Positions 1 to 16,093 of a DNA stretch of 64,000 nucleotides are shown here, one piece after another (position 1 is the stretch's first letter; each line of letters opens with the position of its first letter). Where the stretch lies: assembly GCF_009914755.1 (NCBI RefSeq), contig NC_060934.1; one strand, given 5' to 3'. Position numbers and translations under genes: made by a program. This DNA comes from the human T2T-CHM13v2.0 reference genome, Homo sapiens. The notes under the pieces were generated by a model that saw only the letters and a list, made by a program, of their open reading frames with translations, ran no database searches and had not been told where the DNA came from.

Positions 1-399
1 CCCAGCCTCGCCACCACCCACGGGGCCCCTTCCCTCCTAACCACCTCACTCCCCTAACTCCACCGGGATCACTCTGACCCTGCGTGTGTTTGCCCCAAGG
101 ACAGCGAGGGGTGGGTGATTTCTGAACGTCCCCATGTGTTCAGGGCGAAGTTCGGTGGCCAGAATGTCAGAGTGGCTTTTCTCAGTTCCTATTCTCATTC
201 GTCTCGGATGATGGTTTTTTTTTCTCCTTTTCTTATTCACGGCACTCACAAAATAATAAAGGAAATATATTTTATTAAAAAAACACACATCCCCTGTATA
301 TATTAACATTTCATTCTAAACTTTGTATGTGCAGGTGGGCACTAACATGTTATAAAATTGTTATTACAGCTGTAACTTTGAATCTGTACCTTTTACTTA

Positions 400-760
400 A
401 CATGACATAATAAGGATGATACTTACTGCTACTAGAGCCCCTGGGGTTTTTACTTTTAATGGCTGCCTAATATTCTGCTGAGATCACCATATCATATTTT
501 ATTATTCCTTCTGTTAGGTATTTGGGTTGCTTCTGATTTTTCACTTTAGAAATAACACTATGATGAGTATCTTCAGGCATATAGCCTTTCCTTTCCTTAG
601 GATTATTTTCTTGGGAGTAAAGAAGACACTTTATTATTTTACATTTATTTGCCAAAAATCATGCTAATTTATTATGGCCATCTACCAAACAGGTTTACCG
701 TTTTTGCTCCAACTTCAGCATACTAGGTGTTGCTATTTTTGTAACTTCTGCTAAATTAAT
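400..760 (-). mobile_element. Old L1 (L1M/L1ME-type) 3' fragment
   Basis: AT-rich; 'ttttaatggctgcctaatattct', 'tttgggttgcttctgatttttcact', 'aataacactatgatgagtatc' resemble the antisense L1M 3' end. Confidence 0.55.
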
Positions 761-953
761 AGCTAGGGACAGAGAGAGGCAAAATGCCGTCCCTGAGGTG
801 TAGCTGTCCCGCCCTGCTCACTCAATATACCCAGCAGTGGATGGGCCCCTGTAGCATCCCCGTGCTCCTGGTAGATTTTACTGTCCAGAGGGAGAGCGGG
901 CTTCTGATGGCTTTTCTGCCCCCCACTCAGTGTTGTTTATCTTGTTTTAATAG

Positions 954-1058
<105 letters not shown>

Positions 1059-1710
1059 TAAGCCACAGGGAGTTGTTGCCTCTAAAGGTTCTCACTGTTC
1101 CTGCTCCAGCCTCTCTGGACATTCAAAGGGGCCCATGGGTGGGGGTGCACTCCCTGGTCCCCTGTCCTGGGGACAGAGATGCTCAGGACTGAGAATCCAC
1201 GGCTCCAGGTGGGGTGAGCCCCAGGGTAAAGTGTCAGCCTGGCTAGTCTTGAAAACAAGGAGAGGGAGAGGGGTTCCTGGGGAACCTGGGCCCCAGATTC
1301 TGCAGGCCCCGACTCCACCTGGGGACCCTGATGGGGTAGGCATAGAGGGTGTGGCCTTGAGTCGTGATGTGGGAAGCCCACCTGCTCGGGTGACAGGAGG
1401 CCTGGGCTTCATTCCCGCTGTCCTGTCCTCCAAGGGTTGTGCTGAGCAAGTCCCCAACCCTGAGCCTCTGTGTCCCCATTTATCACAGGGATGGGTAAGG
1501 GTCTCCACAGGCACCTGACACAGGAGCTCAGTGGTGAGACCCAGATGAAGGGTGGGGAGGCCCTTCCCAGGGCTGTCTTCTGAGCAGGACAGAGATCTGC
1601 GAGAGAGAAGAGTTTCCCTGGAGGAGGCTCTCCTCCCGAGGGGCATGGCTCCAGGCCCCTGGGATGAGTGCGGTGTATGTCCATAGCCATGGCCCCTTCT
1701 GTCTCCGTAA

Positions 1711-2076
<366 letters not shown>

Positions 2077-2390
2077 TAGGCAGCTCACAGACAGCCTTTC
2101 TTACTGCTGCCTGGGCGCCTGGAGGCTGGGAGGAAAATCTATACGCAGCCATGGAAGGATGCAAGGAGGCGGGTGGAAGAAGAGGGGATGAGTCTCTGGG
2201 GCGGGGCCGTGTAGAATCGAAGAAGCCATGACTCACTGGTGTGCCCTTGGACTGGCTATGTCTCTGGCCCTGTTTACACACCCCTGCCTTCCTCTGAGCA
2301 TGCAGCCCAGGGTGAGCAAGTCCCACCTACAGCCCCAGAACCCATGGCAGCTGAGGCTTGTGGCTCACCCACCTCCTCTCCTCGCCCCAG

Positions 2391-2532
2391 CCAACCACAA
2401 TGACGAGCTGCGGCTCACATTCCCTGTGCGGGATGGCGTGGTGCTGGAGCCCTTCCGCCTGGAGCACAACCTGGCGGTCAGCAACCATGTGTTCCACCTG
2501 CGGCCCACGGTCCACCAGACGCTGATGTGGAG
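2391..2532 (+). CDS. ZMIZ1: ZMIZ1 coding exon ([48 protein letters not shown])
   Basis: ccccag| acceptor, AG|GTGCGT donor; 142 nt, phase 1 to 2. Confidence 0.96.
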
Positions 2533-4072
2533 GTGCGTGTCAGGGCAGGGGCGCCAGCCCAGGCGGGATGAAGGAGGTCCCCTGGGATGGCTTCCTTGGG
2601 CCCGAGTGGGGCCCTGGGCAGGGGGTAGCAGCATCTTCTGACACCTTCACGTGTTCAGCATCATTGACTGGGCCCTGTCCTGCGGTTGTCATGGGAAGTC
2701 TGCAGGTGCACAGGTAGATGAGCAGTCAAGGTGTCGTGGCCCAAGGGCAGGGAGCAGCTGTCACTCACCCCAGAGGAAAAGGTGGCTGGCTCAGACCTAG
2801 GCTGGGAAGCTGTGTATCCCATCTGAGACCGTGAGCTGACAAGAGGGAACGCAGTCAAGAATTCGAGTGTGACTCATGTGGCCAGAGCCAGGAATGCAGA
2901 GATGAGGCTGGTGCAAGGTCCAGGCCGGGGTCAGGCAGGCCCCATCTATTGCAGGGGGCTGACCATTGGGCAGGGCTGCTGCTCAGACACTTAGGCACGT
3001 GCTGGAACACAAGGTCCGGAGGTTCCCTGCTGAGCCAGGCCCATGCTCAGCACCTTCCACGTGTGACCCACTTTGATCTTGGAAATGGGCAACACTTTCC
3101 CTTTTGACAGAGGAGGAAGCTGAGGCTAGAGAAGTGAATTGGCTTGTGTGAGTTCTCACAGCTAGCCAGGGGCGGAGCTGAGACTTGGGCCCAGGTCTCC
3201 AGGATGCCAGAACCAACCCTGGGGGTGTCCACCCTTCAGTCCTTCATCCTCAGTCAAGACTCACAGTCTCACTGTGCTTGTGACTCAGACCCCCTTGACT
3301 GCCCAGTGAGCATCTCCAGCGCAAGAGCTGGGTCTGTGCCTGGCACATGCACACACACCCCTGCTGTTTTCTTGACCATGCTGAGCAGGCTGGGTGAGGT
3401 GGCCACAGATAGCTGGTGTGGGCGTTCAGAACACAGGAGCTGCAACGCTCAGGCAGGAGGACAGAGGTCCCTGGCACGGGACAAACCACTGTGCTGCCTG
3501 CCTGCACCCTGCTCACCCACGCTCCTTAGCTGGGAGTGTCCTGGCCTGGGAGGCCTCCTCTTCCTGGCTTGCTTGTCACACATATATGGTCACTGCTGGT
3601 TCCTGACACTCCTCAGTGCTGCGTCCTTGGGGGGCCTCCTTGGGGAGTGCTCAGAACCAGAAATGGCCGTGGCCTGGGAGGACAGCTCCCAGCAGGTCTA
3701 GAGATGGGGTTGGCTGGCCTCACAGCAGGTCTTGTCAAATGAGTGCCTGTTCATTTGCCCCTCTGTCTCTGTCCTGGGGATCCAGGAGTTGACCCCTACA
3801 GGGAGGACATTCCAGGGAGATGGGAGCTAGAGCTGTGGGGTGTGATGGGAATGATTGGTGTGCGGGGGTCTTGGGGGCAGTTTGGGTGTAGAGGGAGTAT
3901 ACAGAATGGGAGAGGAGAACTCAGGCTGGGGGAATCATTGGGGTCAGGGATGGGGTCCTGAGGATCTCGGAGGTTGTGGTGTGTTTAGAGGTGTGTGACC
4001 TGGCTCGGGGTCACGGAGGCCATGGACAGCCCCCTGGCAGAGCTGCCCTGAGCACCCCCGTTCCCCACCTAG

Positions 4073-4283
4073 GTCTGACCTGGAGCTGCAGTTCAAGTGC
4101 TACCACCACGAGGACCGGCAGATGAACACCAACTGGCCCGCCTCGGTGCAGGTCAGCGTGAACGCCACGCCCCTCACCATTGAGCGCGGCGACAACAAGA
4201 CCTCCCACAAGCCCCTGCACCTGAAGCACGTGTGCCAGCCGGGCCGCAACACCATCCAGATCACCGTCACGGCCTGCTGCTGC
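4073..4283 (+). CDS. ZMIZ1: ZMIZ1 coding exon ([70 protein letters not shown])
   Basis: cctag| acceptor, TGC|GTGAGT donor; 211 nt, phase 2 to 0. Confidence 0.96.
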
Positions 4284-5426
4284 GTGAGTGTGGTGGGCCA
4301 GGGGCAGCGTTGGCACAGGCAGGCCCTGTTTCACGGCATGAGAGTGCGGAATACCCTGCCCCACTCTGGTCCTCAGCCTTGTCCCTGCGTCACCACCCCC
4401 GTGCCCACAGCCACCAAAGATACAGCGTCCCCTTACCTGTGCCCAGGGCCTGTGCAATAACCTTCAAACCGTTGGGCCTTCAAAGCCACTGTGCCCTGGC
4501 TTCAGACGTGGCCTCTTCCCCTGGACACTCAGCCTCCGTCTGTTCTCCACACATGCTTCCGATTCACCCCTCCTGGCCCCTCCTCCCTACCCTTCATTCA
4601 TTGGTGCAGTTCTGTGTTCCTCAAAGCCATGTCCTGCTTGCCTCATTCACCAGCAGTTGTCATTGTCAGCACCTTTTCCCCCAGACCCAACGCCCCCAAA
4701 CCTGGAGTTAACGCGTTCCCTTCTTTCCCAACCCCCTTGTCTTAGAGTCACGTATGGGGGTCCTTCCAACCCGTGACTTGTTACCTAGGACCAGCTCTCA
4801 GCCACCCTCATGTCCCCTGAAGATCAGGGCCCAACACACAGGGCTTGCTCAGGCCCCAGTGGAAGTAAATTGCCTGCCCCACTCCACTGGCCTCTCTGTG
4901 GAGGCATGGAGAAGGAAACACTCTGATCCACCCTTGTGAGCTTAGGGGCACGGAGGCTACACAGAGATAGGGGTCACAGACCTGGGCAGCACATCCCATT
5001 CTGGCTGGGGAATGTGATGTGCTGTGTGAGGCTGCACAACTGTCAGAGTGAGGCGGCTGATGGGTGGACGTTTGGGATGTGCAGTTCTGGAAGGCTTCCT
5101 GGAGGAGTGAAGGGAGGGATGAGCACCCTGGCAGGAAGGGCTAAGGACACATGATGGGGAGGCAGTGGTAGGGGAGGTTAGGAAGCAAAGTGGGACCCAG
5201 GCTTAAAGCCTTGTGTCCTATAACCTTATCCAGGGAGTATTTCAGTGTCAAAGTCCACCTTGTCGATCTGCAGCAGAGGCAGCCTTTCCAGAGTAGTGCT
5301 CAGGCTCGCAAGTCCCAGGAGACACCCTGGGGGAGCCTCCTGGGCCGGCTGTGGGATCCTGGGAGCAGTCTAGGGCTGCTGAGGCTGCAGGCAGGGCGGG
5401 GTGTGGGGACAGTGCACAGGAACTGA

Positions 5427-5576
<150 letters not shown>

Positions 5577-5869
5577 TGAGGGCCAGACTCCATCCCCGCC
5601 TGAGTTTGGGACTGAGAAGCAGTCACCATTCACCTGGAACTGACCTTTGCCTCCGTGCATGTCACCACCGGGCCTGGAGTGTCCCTGAGCGCGCCCTGTC
5701 CTGAGGCTCATGCCCTCCTCCTGGGGCTGTTGTCGTGGTCAGAGAAGCTAGGTCCCATAAGAGCTGGTGGGAGTTCTGGGACCTGCCCTGTGTGGAAGAG
5801 CTGGCAGTCCAGCTTGGGAGCCAGAACAGGCATACCTGCAATAGCAGCACAGGACATGAGGCAGATTAA

Positions 5870-6820
<951 letters not shown>

Positions 6821-7195
6821 TTGGGATGGAGGGACTTGGCTTGGAGTCCCCTTTGAAGGAGACTCCGGGTGTGGACTCAGGGGCCCTGTGCAAGAGGTAC
6901 AGGGCCACTCTTCACATTGCTGCCCTGAGTCCTGGGATTCCAGCAGGCAGCTGTCCGTTTCCATTTCCACATGTGCAGAGTGAAGTGCAGGAGTGCCTGA
7001 GGGGGCTTTTCACTGACCCAGTAAATCAGAGAAGTGCCATAATGACTTTCCATGAGCTTTGCAGACATGCCCCTTCCTCGCGAAGGCAGGGCCTGCTCTG
7101 CAGAGACAGGGGAACTGCCACAGCCACCTCGTCTGGCACACACACACCACACGTGTCCCACATGGAGACAGCAGCCCGGGCACCCGGCCCTGTGA

Positions 7196-7576
<381 letters not shown>

Positions 7577-8507
7577 TGAGGGGTAGGCAGAGGGGCAACA
7601 GAGCCTGTCCTAACACTGTCCTGAAGGACGTCATGGAGATCAGCAGCTGGCGTCACTCATTAATTTCCGCCATCATTTATCTTTGAGCATCTTTTCTGTG
7701 TGCTTAAGGCCAAAGGGGCTACAGAAATGGGTTCGGACAGCCCCTGCCCTGGCAGATGGCAGATGCCAGCTGGAAGTCCCACACACATGTCAGGGCTGAT
7801 TGGGGGCCCAAGAGCAGGGACACCACTGTCCAGTTCATGCCTCTGTCCAGGGCCTTGCATCAAGTCAGTGTTCAGGAAGTAGCCCTGGCGTGAGTGACAG
7901 CCCCAGTCTGAGCAGGCAGTGACAGAGCAATGAGTAAACATGGGCAGCCCGGCCTGGAAGAAGAAGGAGCCGTCTTCTGGAACCTGGGTGTGGTGGGCAT
8001 GCAGAAGGGGCCCAGGGCTGTCACCTGCAGCTGGTCCTGAGGGTGCAGTGGGACAGGAGCTTCCCCTCCTCCCTCCCAAAGAATGCTGTGGGCAAGAGGA
8101 TGGTCTGGTCACTTTATCTATCTGATACAGATGGATGAACTTGATCAGACTTGTCTTCGGTGCCTGGGCTGGGCTGAAGGGGCTACCCCTGGCCTGGTTG
8201 AAAGGGGCTATTACAGGGCAAAAAACAGTGAGTCAGCTGGGGTGGGAACCAGGAAGGCTTCTCAGAGGATGTAGGCACAGGGTCATTTGGGGCATGGGAG
8301 GTGGTGTGAGGGATGCTGGGGTGGAGGCATAAGGACTCTGCGTGGCAGAAAGGTAGCATTGCTTTCATTCCACCCAGCCCCAGCCCGGGGTTTCTCCCAC
8401 AGCCTATCTTTCTCTCTGGTGGGGAAGTTATTCCAAGGGTCCCTGAGGCACATCTAGGCAGTTTCTGACAGTCCTGGTCTCACCTGTGTCTGTCTGTCTG
8501 TCTGCAG

Positions 8508-8575
8508 TGCTTTGATCTGGAGTCATACCTGCAGCTGAATTGCGAGAGAGGGACCTGGAGGTGTCCTGTGTGCAA
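8508..8575 (+). CDS. ZMIZ1: ZMIZ1 coding exon, C-terminal half of SP-RING ([23 protein letters not shown])
   Basis: ctgcag| acceptor, AA|GTGAGT donor; CFD...W.CPVC SP-RING motif; 68 nt. Confidence 0.97.
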
Positions 8576-8664
8576 GTGAGTGATGCCCACCCCGGTGGGG
8601 GCTTCCCCCATCCCCCAACCACAGACGGGAGGGGCCAGCTACCTCCCACCTCCACCTGCCCTAA

Positions 8665-8946
<282 letters not shown>

Positions 8947-9165
8947 TAAGTGGGGCCCTAGCGAGGGGCAGGGGGTGGGAGGGGACGAGGCCTGGATTAG
9001 AGCAAGGTGAGCAGGTGGATAGCCCTGACACAGCCCTCCCCTCCCAGGCCAGCAGACCGTGACCCACATCCCCCACCTCTCTGTCCCTTACCCTTGGGGG
9101 CCTCTGGATCTGGGGACAAATGAACTTCCCAGAAAGCATGAAAGCCAGCCACAGCAGGAGGCTGA

Positions 9166-9693
<528 letters not shown>

Positions 9694-10748
9694 TGATGCC
9701 AGGCAGGGAGGAAGGGAGAAGGAGGGCAGCCCCAAGTCCCTGCAGAGGCACAGAATTTCTGTGCTGATGGTGGCAGGGGTCGGGGGTGTGGTTGAAGAGA
9801 GAGAAGTAACACATCCCCCAAAAAACAATTCCCAGTTTGCTAGACTTGAGGGTACATGGGCCTAGCCCAGGGGCTTCAGAGCCTGCCCTGGTGGGAGATA
9901 GACTGCTGCCTCTTCCCTCCCACACCCACCCGAGTTCTTGGCCTTACCCCTTGCCCTCCTGTATTTTTTCTGTGATATCTACATTTCCCCTGCAACTTTC
10001 CTGCCCTCCTAGGGACAGAGTCCAGGTTCCTAGAGCCTCAGCCTTTGGCCACCAAGGTCACCCACTGGCCCTTACGCTCCCGGCTGCCCAGACCAAGTTT
10101 TACTCCTACTGCCACTGATTCCTGGAAAGTACCCCCACTGGGTGGCAGCTCCCCCTGGGATCCATGATCTTAGGTCCCCATGAGAGGCCCAGTGAGGTTA
10201 GGCCACCTAGCCGAACTCCCACAGTGTGCCAAGGGCCAAGCCTCCCAGTCTGCTGATCCTCTGACCCTTGCCATCGCCACATGGTGGAGGGCACAGTGAC
10301 CAGGGAGGCGGAACAGCTGGCTTCTGCGGGTGTCATCCTGAGTCTGCTGCAGCTTTCTTTGTGGGCTTGGCAGAACATGCACCCACTCTGGGCCTGGGTC
10401 TTGCTGGGTATGAAAAGTGCCCACATTGGGGAGTAGCTCAGCAGGTCTGCTCTAGGCTCAGGCCATGTCCCCCACTCCCCACAGGAGCCTGGCCCGCCCC
10501 CTTTGTCCCACTCTGCCCCCTCCTCCATAGCAGTAGGGGCAGCACATCCCCTAGGGTACCACAGACCATGGGACAGGGCTGAGTGGCTGCTCTATCCTAC
10601 AGCCCGGAAGCCTCGGGCTGCTGTGATCTACTACAGCCTCGCAAGAGGAAAAGGACTTGGCTTGTATTTTTACACACTCTCTGTTCCCTGGGGGTGGCCA
10701 CTATCCCTCTGGGTGACCCCCTCCCCTCCCCATCTCATCCCTTCCTAG

Positions 10749-10915
10749 GCAACAACTACCAAGGCCATGGCAACTTTGACTTCCCCCACGGGAACCCTGG
10801 AGGGACATCCATGAATGACTTCATGCACGGGCCCCCCCAGCTCTCCCACCCCCCGGACATGCCCAACAACATGGCCGCCCTCGAGAAACCCCTCAGCCAC
10901 CCCATGCAGGAAACT
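10749..10915 (+). CDS. ZMIZ1: ZMIZ1 coding exon ([55 protein letters not shown])
   Basis: cctag| acceptor, ACT|GTGAGT donor; 167 nt, phase 1 to 0. Confidence 0.95.
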
Positions 10916-13865
10916 GTGAGTACCTCCTCCTCACCCCATTCCATTCCCCAGCCTTTGGGGTTGATGCCTTGGGATCTGGATACCCTGTTCCCTCCCAGGC
11001 AAGGCAGAGGATGAAGAATTGGGTGTGTGGGCTCAGAATGGAATAGGAGGGGTCTAACTGAGGCTAGGTCGTGCCCTGTCAGTGTCCTTAGACTTGGCTG
11101 TTTTACCTAGGATTTCGGATTCTCTGGAGATGGGGGAAGCTTCAGGCTCTTCCCCAAACCCTCACCACCCCATGCATACACACACACGTGCATGCACTCG
11201 CCACTACCCAGCACACGCCATCAGCCCTCTCCCTCTCCCACTTGCACAATCTTACACTCACCTAACACGGTTCCAGCCACCTCAACTTTTGTCCCAAACC
11301 CAGGCACTTATTCTCCAAGGATCTGAATTCAGGGTATTACCACCTCCAACAAAAGAAATGCTAGGAAGTCTGATTATCTGAAGAGCATTCACTTCTCATT
11401 CTGTTTCACACTTATCGACATATGCCCTGTGTGGCTGAGGACGTCCCTGGTGGGGTAAGGTGTCCTGTGTTGTCCACAGGCCCTCCCTTCCTGTGGCCCC
11501 AGTGGCAGTGGCAGGAGGCCCTCCTGTCCCCTGGAGTCCTCATCCAGTGAGTGCCACGTGGTTCCACTCATTTTAACAAGCGTTTTTTGAGCTGTGCTCT
11601 GCGCAGGCCATGTGACAGGTGTAAGCAAGACAGACAGGCCTTGGGCTAATGGAGTAAAACTCCTGGCAGTGCGTGGGTGCAGGAAGAACAGTTGGAGTTT
11701 GGAGAAACTGAAGCCTCCGGAGGCTGAAGTGGTGTGTCTGAGGTCTCAGTCATTCTGGGCTCTCATCTTGGGGAGGAGGGGCCATCACTGAGCACGTGGC
11801 TGGGGGTCCTGGGCCACACCAGCCAGGGAGAGGGCCCGGGGTCCTGCCAGAGTCTGGCAGTGGGCTTGGGTGGCCTGCACAGGAAGGAGCCTCTGGATTA
11901 TACTGCCTTCCACACACCTGACATGGAATTGCCTCAGGACTCTAGGTGAGGTAGCAGCAACTTTCCCTCAGGACCCCAGGAGTCCAAGTCGGAAATAGAT
12001 GCTTTGTGGAGCTTTGGCCAAGTTTTTCAAAGTTACTCTCTGCCCCATGGGGCTTGTGATTTCTGGGGGCTTCTTTCCTGATGCCCCTTCCTGGGCCCTG
12101 AGGGCATCCCACACCCAGAAGACACCAAAATCACACCCCCCGACACACACACATCCTGCGCCCTCACAGTTCCTAACACTGGAATATGGAGTGCTGATGC
12201 CGTCTATTTCCCCTTGACAATCAAGCTTTCTCCTGCCTTCTGTGAGCCCCGCTGCCTGCATTCTGTGTGGCTTGATCTGAGCCTGTGAGTTGACCTCAGA
12301 GCCCCTTAAGATGCTCTCTAGATGGTCCTGTCCTCCATTTCTGAGCTCTCACTAGAGGGCAAGCAGACCTGGAAGTGCGGATGTGCCAGGCCGGTGGGGC
12401 AGGGCAGTCACAGGTAAACTTCTACCACACCTGCCCAGGTGGAGGCAGCCACACCCCCAGCTGAGCCCAAGGCTGGGAGGCACTGCCATGCCCGCAGAGA
12501 CTGGCCAGAGCGCTCTATCCAGATGCTGCTGCCCCCACAGACTGCCCATACTTGGTGGCGGGTTGACAGGTGTGTCAGCAGTGCTCCAACAGCACCTGCC
12601 CCTCCATGCCGGAGACATTCCAGCCAGATACGAAGCTGAGGGGCACAGCTGCCTCTGAAGATCCAGGGACTGTCTGTCTTGAGCTGGGCTGCACAGCTGG
12701 AGTGTGGAGCCCCTCCCTGCTCTCCCAGGGTGGGCACTGAGGGCATCTACAGGAGTGGGAGCCCTAAGCTGGCCTCTCACTGACCATGGGTGGTGGCCCA
12801 TTCCTCCAGCCTCTTGTATGTGTCTCATAAACGGGTCTCCCAAGGTCTCCAGCAGCACCGTTGCGAGGTCGTCTCATTCTTGGGGCTTGGACTGGAAGGG
12901 CACTGTGCTCCCTAAGGCCGCATGGGGTTGGGGCCCTACACCCTGAGAAGGGGACACCTGGACCGTGGGCAGAGCCCGACCCATAGCAAGGCCTGGGAAA
13001 CAGTTTTAGGAGAAACAGGAAGAGGAAGGAAGTTGGGGATGGGCAAAGACCGAGGATGGTGTGGCTGCAAATTCTAAATGCACACAGGAAGAACATGTCA
13101 GTGTGTTCTGTGTGGCTGCCCCAGGATGGGGCAGGGTGAGGGGATGAAAAGACCAAGGAAGCATGTGCCAGGCTGCTGTTCCAGTGGAGCACCTGGAGCA
13201 TCCGTGAGCCCCTCTCACTGGCAGAGCGAAAGTGGGGCTGGGGGCTGTCAGGGATGCTTGCAGTGGGATCAGGGCTTGGTCTGCGAGGATTCCCCGGCCT
13301 TTCACTTTGAAGGAGGATCTGCTTGGGACAGCAAACAGGCTAGCAGGGGAATGTTCACATCTCACCCACCCACCCACAGACAGCCCAGTTTTCAGTGCAC
13401 GTGCCCACAGGAGGGTGCGAGTCCTCTAGTTATCTGTTAGAGAGGCACCGCCAGCCTCACCCTCAGCAAGACACCCACCATTGGTGAACCGTCACTCAGT
13501 CTCCTTGTCCTTGGAGTCCCAGAGGTGCCTGCCTCCCTCACAACCCTGTGTTTTTGAGGGCTGGTGCCGACCAAGTGGGATGTCTAGGAAAAGGGTCTGG
13601 CAGGGTGTGAAGATGCCCCTGGCTGGCCAGGTGCCCACCCAGCCCTGCTCCTCTGACAGCCAAATTCCACCCGCGCTGCAGGGCTTGTGCCAAGGCCCCA
13701 GCTGCTCCACACTTCGGACTGGCAGAAGGCGCCTTCGTACCCAGCATCACCCCTGCCCAGGGCCCACTTGGGAGGTGCAGACCCAGTCCTGAGCCGCACG
13801 CCCGCCCAATGCTGTCTGTCTGTGTCTGCTCTCTGCCGCCCAGCTTGGGATCTGCACCACGCTGA

Positions 13866-14708
<843 letters not shown>

Positions 14709-15961
14709 TGAGGGTCCCCACCCTGCTGGCTCCTGTCCCCCCAGTCCCTTTGGCCATAGCCCTGAACCCCAGCCCTGACCCACCTTCTGACCCAAGCCCT
14801 GCGGGGTCCCTTGCGCAGCACAGGAGGGTCCCTGCCCTCCCCCGATGGTGAGCTTGCGGTTTCTGTGTCTGCCTCTCTGGCCCGGGCAGGGAGGGCTGGA
14901 GGGAGAGGCCGTCTGTCTGCCTCGCTGGTGTGTGTCTGTCTCCAGTTTTCTTGTCCGCGTGTTGTCCATGCCCTGCTTCTGCTTGCTCCATCGCTCACTC
15001 CAAGAGGCCCCCATGTGGGTGACAGAAGGTGGGGGCAGAGGGGGCAGCCTTGGGTCACAGCCAGGGGCAGCAGGCCATCATGGGCAGCAGAGGTGCCAGG
15101 GCTCCTACCCTGAGGTCTGGAAGATGGTGGGGGTCACCCTGGATGATGGGGCTGGGCTGCTGGATGGGGCTGGCGGGATGGGACTGAGCACCGGCCCCGC
15201 CCATGCCTACACAGAGCTGGTGCCAGACTCCGGGAGGAGGCTTGTCCTCGGCCCCTCCTGTTCTTCACCCCCAGCCCTGCTCTGTCAGCCTCTGCCCTGC
15301 AGCATCAGAGGAGCTCTGTGCTAGCTAGGACTCACTCACTGTGCAGCCATCTCAGGTCCTTGCCCAGTGTTCCCCCTCAAACCAGGCCAGTGGGGCTGCT
15401 TTTAGATGCATGAGGCTCCCCATGTGACAGACTCCAAGGATATCTCAGTAGAGGGTAGAGACAGTCTGCATCCCCTCCGGGGCCACAGGGAAGGATGGCT
15501 GCCAGCCAGCCACAGGCTCACCAAGGAGTGGCGAGCCCTTGAGAAGAGGGATGTTGGGGGGTTGGGGGCGGTGCAGGAACCACTCGCCTTCCCGCCTTCC
15601 CACCAGCCCACCTCCTTGTGCTTACACGTGAAGCATGTGATTTCAGCTGGGAGGCCCAAGTGACCTGCCATGGGGCCTTCCCAGGTTAGGGCTGAAGTCC
15701 ATGCCTGAAAAGGGTCAGCCCTGCTCAGGCCTCAGCTGGTGGGCTGCGGGTCCCAATCCTGAGGCTTGAAATGAGCATGGGGGTGCCCCACACTCGGTGC
15801 AGTGGCCGGGGTATGTGTGGGGATACCTGGCAGGCCCAAGCCCAAGGCTGTTCTCTACCCCTTTTTTTGGCTAGGGTCCTGAGAGGCAGGTGGAGGGGGA
15901 CGGGCCAGGGCGCCCCTGCATTCCTCACCCGGGGCCTGCCTCTCAGGCACACCTCATCTGA

Positions 15962-16093
<132 letters not shown>

